Assembly (NCBI RefSeq): GCF_000023965.1
Contig: NC_013202.1
Location: 330,001 to 362,000 of the forward strand
Direction: 5' to 3'
Source of the DNA: Halomicrobium mukohataei DSM 12286
GTDB lineage: Archaea > Halobacteriota > Halobacteria > Halobacteriales > Haloarculaceae
Length of the DNA: 32,000 nt
Shown: positions 26,833-32,000 of the stretch, piece after piece
How positions within the stretch are numbered: position 1 is the first letter of the stretch
Layout: every line of letters begins with the position of its first letter
Program-made: the position numbers and the translations under genes
Notes under the pieces: model-generated
Told to the model about the DNA's origin: nothing
What the model saw: only the letters and a program-made list of their open reading frames with translations
Databases searched by the model: none

Positions 26833-27012
26833 TCAAGCCGAGGAGGAGTCCCCGCCCACCTCGACGGCGTAGTCCGACTGGATCCAGGCCGCCGAGTTGG
26901 TCCGATCGTAGACGATGGTGTCGCCGTCGTCGGTCGTGAACGCGCCGAACTGTTCGTCGGCGCTGGGTTCGTCGTCGGTCGTCGCGTCGGAACTGGTGTC
27001 TGATTCGGTCAT
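26833..27012 (-). CDS. Tiny acidic protein (59 aa), paralogue of 27260-27409; below the ORF-track length cut-off
   Basis: My own translation gives MTESDTSSDATTDDEPSADEQFGAFTTDDGDTIVYDRTNSAAWIQSDYAVEVGGDSSSA, from the ATG at 27012-27010 to the TGA at 26835-26833. It shares the core FG.F.T.DG..(I/V)VYDR.N..AWIQSD(Y/F)A with the neighbouring small ORF. Confidence 0.55.
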   Translation of the reverse strand: MTESDTSSDATTDDEPSADEQFGAFTTDDGDTIVYDRTNSAAWIQSDYAVEVGGDSSSA

Positions 27013-27093
27013 CGATTGGAATGCGGTACCGATTCACAATGGAATGATGGACATAAGCCTTTCCCGAATACAATAGGGAATGATAATACCATA

Positions 27094-27179
27094 CTATAGT
27101 AGCCATTGAAAATCAATGCACACCCGATCGCACGACGGCAGTGCGATCGGTGTGTAAATCGTTTCAATTGTTACTATAG
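27094..27179. repeat. 86-bp near-perfect palindromic element, copy B (inverted relative to copy A)
   Basis: ctatagtagccattgaaaatcaatgcacacccgatcgcacgacggcagtgcgatcggtgtgtaaatcgtttcaattgttactatag. It has perfect 8-bp termini (ctatagta/tactatag). It lies 81-82 nt from each of the two small paralogous ORFs. Confidence 0.9.
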
Positions 27180-27259
27180 GACTCGCTACTGCCAGAGAGA
27201 CCGCTGCGACGATCCGGACGACAAAAGCCGCACGCGCCGTGGACGCGTGCGATCGACGG

Positions 27260-27409
27260 CTACTGCCCACTCAGATCCAGTGCGAAGTCCGACTGGATCC
27301 AGGCGTCCGGATTCTCGCGGTCGTAGACCACGAAGTTCCCGTCGCCTGTCACGAACGTCCCGTACTTGTCGCTCTGTTCCCCACCTGTTCGATCGACTGT
27401 GCGTGTCAT
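27260..27409 (-). CDS. Tiny protein (49 aa), paralogue of 26833-27012
   Basis: The internal ATG at 27409 gives MTRTVDRTGGEQSDKYGTFVTGDGNFVVYDRENPDAWIQSDFALDLSGQ. The N-terminal part of the 83-aa track ORF runs through AT-rich promoter-like DNA. Confidence 0.55.
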   Translation of the reverse strand: MTRTVDRTGGEQSDKYGTFVTGDGNFVVYDRENPDAWIQSDFALDLSGQ

Positions 27410-27455
27410 CGTCCCATGCCACCCGGCGACCCGGGTTGACAGACGTACACGACCA

Positions 27456-27478
27456 CATATCATAAATATTATTAATTT
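27456..27478. promoter_or_regulatory. AT-rich tract between the divergent small ORF and thiDN (possible bidirectional TATA region)
   Basis: atatcataaatattattaattt lies about 50-70 nt from both start codons (27409 on the minus strand, 27543 on the plus strand). Confidence 0.25.
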
Positions 27479-27542
27479 CGTGGCGATTCGCAGCGAGACC
27501 AGGATCACCATCCATTAGGGCCGGGTCGCCCTGTCCTCACAC

Positions 27543-28856
27543 ATGACACGAGAGGCCGCGCCCGTCACGCCACCGGTCGTCCTGTCGATCGCCGGCAGCG
27601 ACAGCGGCGGCGGTGCGGGGATTCAGGCGGACACGAAGACGATCGAAGCGGGCGGCGCGTTCGCGACGACGGCGATCACCGGCGTCACCGCACAGAACAC
27701 GCAGGGCGTCCGGGACGTGACCACGCTCGACCCGGCGGCGGTGAGCGAGCAGATCGACGCCGTCGTCGAGGACTTCGACGTGGCGGCGGTCAAGACGGGG
27801 ATGCTGTCGACGAGCGCGGTCGTCGAGACGGTCACCGAGTACGCCGAGACGCTGCCGGGACTGGTCGTCGACCCCGTCATGGTCGCCGCCAGCGGGGACC
27901 GACTGCTCGACCCGGCGGCGGAGGCCGCCTACGAGGACCTGATCGCGGCGGCGGCGCTCGTGACGCCGAACGCCGACGAAGCCGAGGTGTTGACCGACGT
28001 CGAAGTGACCGACGCCGACGCGGCGCGGCGCGCGGGCGAGGCGCTCGTGGCGATGGGTGCCGACGCGGCCCTGGTCAAGGGCGGACACGTCCCCAGCGAC
28101 GCCGTCGTCGACACGCTCGTGACCGACGAGACGGTCCACACCTACCGACACGACCGGATCGATACGGCGGCGACCCACGGCTCGGGCTGTACGCTCTCCA
28201 GTGCCGTCGCGACGCGGCTGGCACACGGCGACGAGATGGAGACCGCCGTCGGCGAGGGGATCGCCCTGCTCGCCCGTGCGGTCCGGTACAACGTCGACGT
28301 GGGCGAGGGGGCGGGTGCCGTCCATCACACCGTCGAGAGCCGCAACGAGGCCGCACGCAACGAGACCGTCGAGGCCGTCGAGGCCGTCGTCGCCGGGCTG
28401 AGCGATGCGAACGCGACCGCGCTGGTGCCACACGGCATCGCCAACGTCGCGGGGGCGACGCCCTACGCCGAATCCCCGGCAGAGGTGGCGGCCGTCGAGG
28501 GCGGTATCGGGCTGACCCGAGACGGGATCCGCTCCAATCGCGGCGTCCGTTTCGGCGTCCCGACGCCGCTCGCAGCGACGATCCTCGCCTGCCGGGAGCA
28601 CGATCCAGCGGTCAGGTTCGCGCTGTCGTGTACGGCCACGTCACCGCTCGTCGACGCGCTGGGGACGCTCGACGGGGAGACCGCGACCGTCGAGAACGAC
28701 GAGAGCGAGGCCCGCGTACAGGCGGCGTTCGCGGACTGTGAGACGACGCCCGCGGCGATCGTCGACCGCCACGGCGACCGGCTCGTCGTCCTCGCGCCGG
28801 AGGCGACCCAGCTCCTCGAACGCGTCCAGACCCTCGTCGCCAGCGTCGAGGCGTGA
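27543..28856 (+). CDS. thiDN: Bifunctional hydroxymethylpyrimidine/phosphomethylpyrimidine kinase (ThiD) fused to a ThiN-type thiamine-phosphate synthase
   Basis: The N-terminus reads VVLSIAGSDSGGGAGIQADTKT...VKTGML...ATHGSGCT (ThiD). A C-terminal domain of about 170 aa gives the archaeal ThiDN architecture. Confidence 0.85.
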   Translation: MTREAAPVTPPVVLSIAGSDSGGGAGIQADTKTIEAGGAFATTAITGVTAQNTQGVRDVTTLDPAAVSEQIDAVVEDFDVAAVKTGMLSTSAVVETVTEYAETLPGLVVDPVMVAASGDRLLDPAAEAAYEDLIAAAALVTPNADEAEVLTDVEVTDADAARRAGEALVAMGADAALVKGGHVPSDAVVDTLVTDETVHTYRHDRIDTAATHGSGCTLSSAVATRLAHGDEMETAVGEGIALLARAVRYNVDVGEGAGAVHHTVESRNEAARNETVEAVEAVVAGLSDANATALVPHGIANVAGATPYAESPAEVAAVEGGIGLTRDGIRSNRGVRFGVPTPLAATILACREHDPAVRFALSCTATSPLVDALGTLDGETATVENDESEARVQAAFADCETTPAAIVDRHGDRLVVLAPEATQLLERVQTLVASVEA

Positions 28857-28858
28857 GC

Positions 28859-31006
28859 CTACCCCAGTCGACGGCGGAGAGCGACCCACAGCACGGACAG
28901 GGCCACGACGAGGGCGACGACACCGGGTCCCGCCCCGTCACCGCGGCTGGTCGCCGTCGCCGTCGGGGTCGCCGTGGCGGTCATCGTCCGGACGCGGTTC
29001 GGTCGGACCATCACCTCGACGGAGGGGACGGTGCCGGCACCGAGCGACACCGTGCCCGGACGGGGAAGAGAGATCTCCCGCTCGATGGAGGTCCTGTTGT
29101 AGGCCGGCATCGTCACGTGCCGTCGACCGACCTCCTCGGAGTCGCGGGTGAACACGACGGTCGCCTCGCCCGGTCGCGGCTCCCCGTTGTACAGCGTCGC
29201 GGTCAGGACGACGGTGTCGCCCTGTTGGGCGGTCGTGGGCTCGACGTCGAGGCTGACGACGTTGGCCCTCACCGGCCGCTGGACGGTGACGTTGATCCGC
29301 TCGCCGTCGACGACGACGTGGTAGGTGCCCGGCGTCGGGAACCGGTGGGAAAGCGGGGCCGTCGTCGATTCCCCGGCCTCGATCCGTCCGCTCGTCTCGT
29401 CGACGACCGTCCCGTTGACGCGCATCGAGACGTTGTACACGCCCGCAGTGCCCCCGGCGTTGCTGACGAGGGTGTCGACGGTCAGGCGCTCGCCGGTCAC
29501 CAGTTGGATCGTGTCGTCCGTGACCGTCTCGTTTCGGTAGGGGCCAGTGATCCGGTAGCCGTCGGCGTCGCCGGCCGGCGGTAGCTCGTATCCGACCCGT
29601 GCCGGGAGCTGGCCGAAGACGGCGGCGTGGGTCGTCCGATTCCACGTCTCGACCGACGCCGTGGTCTCGGTGTAGGTCTGGCCCTCGTCCAGCACGGACG
29701 TTCCCCCGGTCGTCGCCAGCAGTTCGAGGAAGTCGAGCTGTGACACCGGCCGCTGCTGGCCGTTCATCTCACGGAACACGTCCTGCAGAGTCCGCTCGCG
29801 GTCGGTCGCGACGCGCAGGCGACGGTCCAGTTCGCCGGCCACGAGCGAGCCCCTGTCGTAGTCGGGCGCACCCTCCCAGGTCGAGACGTTCGAGAGCACG
29901 ACCCCATCGTAGACCGGATGGGTCCCGCGGGCCAGTCGGTCACGGAACGCCTCGAACGCCACGGACTCCTGTTCGAGCGAGAGCAACGCCGCGTAGTACG
30001 ACGCCGACGCCTCCGTGAACCAGGCCGTCCGACTCGTGGGCGTGAACGCCTGCCGGGTGTGGACGTACTCGTGGAGCCAGGCGTTGTCCGGCTGGTCGAG
30101 CGTCTCGGCGTCCCGGACCCAGGCGTCGGTGTCGCCGGTCTGGACGCCCCGGACGCCCCACTCGACGGAGCCCGTGGGCGCGGCGATCAGGAACACCGTC
30201 TCGTCGCGGTCCCCGACCCGCAACGCGTCGGAGCTGTCGGCCAGCGCGTCGAGGATCGCCGACGGCGGCTCCGACAGCGTCGCGGCCGCCGGGACGACCA
30301 GCCGGAACCGCTGGCCGTGGGCGGTCCGCTCGTGCAGTTCGTGCTCGCCGAGGTAGACGAGCCACTCCCCGGCCGCGCCGGGACCAGCCGTCGACGAGCC
30401 GCGGTCGAACACGATCGGCGTCCCGCCAGTCGCCTCCCAGTAGGTCGGCGTCGGCGGGCGTTCGAACAGCGCCCACTCGCCCGTGCCCGCGTACAGCGCG
30501 CGGCCGTCGCTCGCCTGTGGCCCCGTCCGGTCGATGGTCTCGTTGATCCGGTAGTCGTAGGTCAGCGTCGGCTGCTGTGTCGTGGCACGCCAGCGAAAGT
30601 GGGTCTCGTTGTCGCGGGCGAATCCCTGCCGGGAGACGAAAGTGGCTCCGTCGGGAAGCGCGGCCCGCATGGAGACGACGCGTGCGGGGACGCTGTAGGT
30701 CAGTCGGACCCGAACCGTGCCGGGGCGCTCGGGCAGGCGCTGGAATCGCTGGGTGAGTCCCAGCGTCCCGTCGTCCTGCTGGCCGGTGTCGCTGCCGGCG
30801 GTGTCGCCCACGCCGAGACCGAACTGGCCGACGCCGGCAGACAGCTGCTTGGGCGGCGATCCCGATCGGTCCGCCGACGCCGGCACGTCGGTGTCGACGG
30901 TCGTCTCGACGGCGGACGAGTCGGCGACGGTGATCGCGGGGGCGATGCTCCCCGAGAGCACCACCACGACCAGCACCGCGACGACACCACGCGTCACCTC
31001 GCCCAT
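28859..31006 (-). CDS. Secreted, probably glycosylated surface protein with an HExxH motif, Ig-like/CARDB-like repeats and a PGF-CTERM-like anchor
   Basis: It has an N-terminal signal/anchor (VVAVLVVVVLSGSIAPA), an HEYVH motif (NAWLHEYVHTRQ), many N-x-S/T sequons, two beta-rich repeats (GVYNVSMRVNG..., VVLTATLYNGE...), a Thr-rich linker (TATATPTATATS), and GPGVVALVVALSVLWVALRRR at the C-terminus. Confidence 0.8.
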   Translation of the reverse strand: MGEVTRGVVAVLVVVVLSGSIAPAITVADSSAVETTVDTDVPASADRSGSPPKQLSAGVGQFGLGVGDTAGSDTGQQDDGTLGLTQRFQRLPERPGTVRVRLTYSVPARVVSMRAALPDGATFVSRQGFARDNETHFRWRATTQQPTLTYDYRINETIDRTGPQASDGRALYAGTGEWALFERPPTPTYWEATGGTPIVFDRGSSTAGPGAAGEWLVYLGEHELHERTAHGQRFRLVVPAAATLSEPPSAILDALADSSDALRVGDRDETVFLIAAPTGSVEWGVRGVQTGDTDAWVRDAETLDQPDNAWLHEYVHTRQAFTPTSRTAWFTEASASYYAALLSLEQESVAFEAFRDRLARGTHPVYDGVVLSNVSTWEGAPDYDRGSLVAGELDRRLRVATDRERTLQDVFREMNGQQRPVSQLDFLELLATTGGTSVLDEGQTYTETTASVETWNRTTHAAVFGQLPARVGYELPPAGDADGYRITGPYRNETVTDDTIQLVTGERLTVDTLVSNAGGTAGVYNVSMRVNGTVVDETSGRIEAGESTTAPLSHRFPTPGTYHVVVDGERINVTVQRPVRANVVSLDVEPTTAQQGDTVVLTATLYNGEPRPGEATVVFTRDSEEVGRRHVTMPAYNRTSIEREISLPRPGTVSLGAGTVPSVEVMVRPNRVRTMTATATPTATATSRGDGAGPGVVALVVALSVLWVALRRRLG

Positions 31007-31108
31007 TTACCACTTGTTGCACACCACCCGACAAATAGCTGACCCGTGGGAACACGGACCAATCTGCGACCCACAACCCTTAGGCACCCGTCGCTCCCAG
31101 GGGCGGGT

Positions 31109-32000
31109 ATGACAGAGGCGACGGGTATCGTCGGCGAGTTCCTCTCGCTGAAGGCGGACAGTGACGCGGATCTGCTGGCGATGCAGTGTGGCGACTTCTA
31201 CGAGTTCTTCGACGAGGACGCCGAGATCGTCGCCGACGAGCTCGACCTGAAGGTGAGTCAGAAGTCCTCCCACGGCGCTTCGTACCCGATGGCGGGCGTG
31301 CCGGTCGACGACCTGACCCCCTACGTCTCCGCGCTGGTCGAGCGGGGCTACCGGGTCGCCGTCGCCGACCAGCACGAGACGGCGGACGGACACGCCCGCG
31401 AGATCACGCGCGTCGTGACGCCGGGAACCCACCTGGAGACGACCGACGACGCCGCCCAGTACCTCGCTGCCGTCGTCGGTACCGGCGGCGACTCGTCGGA
31501 CCCAGTGGCGGGAGCCGACGGCAGCTACGGGCTGGCCGTGGCCGACGTGACTACCGGCCAGTTCCACGTGACCCAACTCGACGGCCCGGACGCTCGCACG
31601 CGGATTCAGACGGAGCTGTACAAGTTCGACCCCGCGGAGGTGTTGCCCGGCCCCGACCTGCGTGGCGACGACGACTTCCTCGATCGCCTGCGCGAGCGGA
31701 CCGACGCGGCGCTGACGGTCCACACCGAGGAGTCGTTCGCGCCCGGACGAGCGCGCCACCGCGTTCGCGACCACTTCGGCCCCGAGACCGTCGACAGCGT
31801 CGGTATCGCCGACGACGACGCGGCCATCTGTGCCGCCGGTGCCGTCCTGTCCTACGTCGAGGACACCGGCGTCGGGACGCTGGCCTCGATCACGCGCCTG
31901 CAGTCCTACGGCGCGACCGACCACGTCAATCTGGACGCGACGACCCAGCGCAACCTCGAACTGACCGAGACGATGCAGGGCGGGACCGACGGCTCGCTGT
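31109..32000 (+). CDS. mutS: DNA mismatch repair protein MutS, paralogue 2 (N-terminal part; 3' end outside window)
   Basis: It is missing from the ORF track because no stop occurs in the window. My translation from the ATG at 31109 gives MTEATGIVGEFLSLKADSDADLLAMQCGDFYEFFDEDAEIVADELDLKVS...YPMAGVPVDDL...GYRVAVADQ, the MutS domain I pattern. The frame is open to nt 32000. Confidence 0.85.
   Translation, partial: MTEATGIVGEFLSLKADSDADLLAMQCGDFYEFFDEDAEIVADELDLKVSQKSSHGASYPMAGVPVDDLTPYVSALVERGYRVAVADQHETADGHAREITRVVTPGTHLETTDDAAQYLAAVVGTGGDSSDPVAGADGSYGLAVADVTTGQFHVTQLDGPDARTRIQTELYKFDPAEVLPGPDLRGDDDFLDRLRERTDAALTVHTEESFAPGRARHRVRDHFGPETVDSVGIADDDAAICAAGAVLSYVEDTGVGTLASITRLQSYGATDHVNLDATTQRNLELTETMQGGTDGSL

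Noticed and set aside
27537-28601. 354-aa minus-strand ORF opposite thiDN.
   Set aside because: It is antisense to a gene with clear ThiD motifs and is an Arg/Asp/Gly-rich shadow ORF.
29918-31924. ORFs 29918-31042 (plus), 29940-31076 (minus, alternative frame) and 31007-31924 (minus).
   Set aside because: The first two shadow the surface-protein gene. The third is antisense to the second mutS, which is open to the window end and so absent from the track.

Overview
High-GC (about 62-70% by hand count) chromosomal segment with the hallmarks of a haloarchaeon (class Halobacteria): very acidic predicted proteins, Tat-signal plus lipobox lipoproteins, a PGF-CTERM-like surface protein, F420 genes, and many long spurious antisense ORFs. 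I saw no rRNA, tRNA, CRISPR array, transposase or integrase. Most of the window is housekeeping: a redoxin-like gene, MOSC, csp, cofE-mer, a full pstSCAB-phoU operon, two bacterial-type mutS paralogues, trx, a DsbA-like gene and thiDN. There is also a nosL / nosDFY-type cluster with no nosZ nearby. Three things stand out. (1) A low-GC (about 43-57%) insertion of about 2.2 kb at 23.9-26.1 kb sits between the convergent trx and dsbA-like genes and is bounded by a perfect 12-bp inverted repeat. It carries a translationally coupled two-gene operon: an unrecognisable 358-aa protein followed by a clear MazF/PemK-fold toxin. This is my best candidate for an undescribed toxin-antitoxin or defence-type module. 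(2) An 86-bp, almost fully self-complementary element occurs twice (85/86 identical, in inverted orientation) at 10528-10613 and 27094-27179, bracketing 16.5 kb. One copy supplies the last codons and the stop codons of two convergent genes. (3) Two tiny paralogous acidic ORFs (59 and 49 aa) flank the second copy of that element; the 59-aa one is absent from the supplied ORF track. All family calls were made by eye from motifs. No database search was run.
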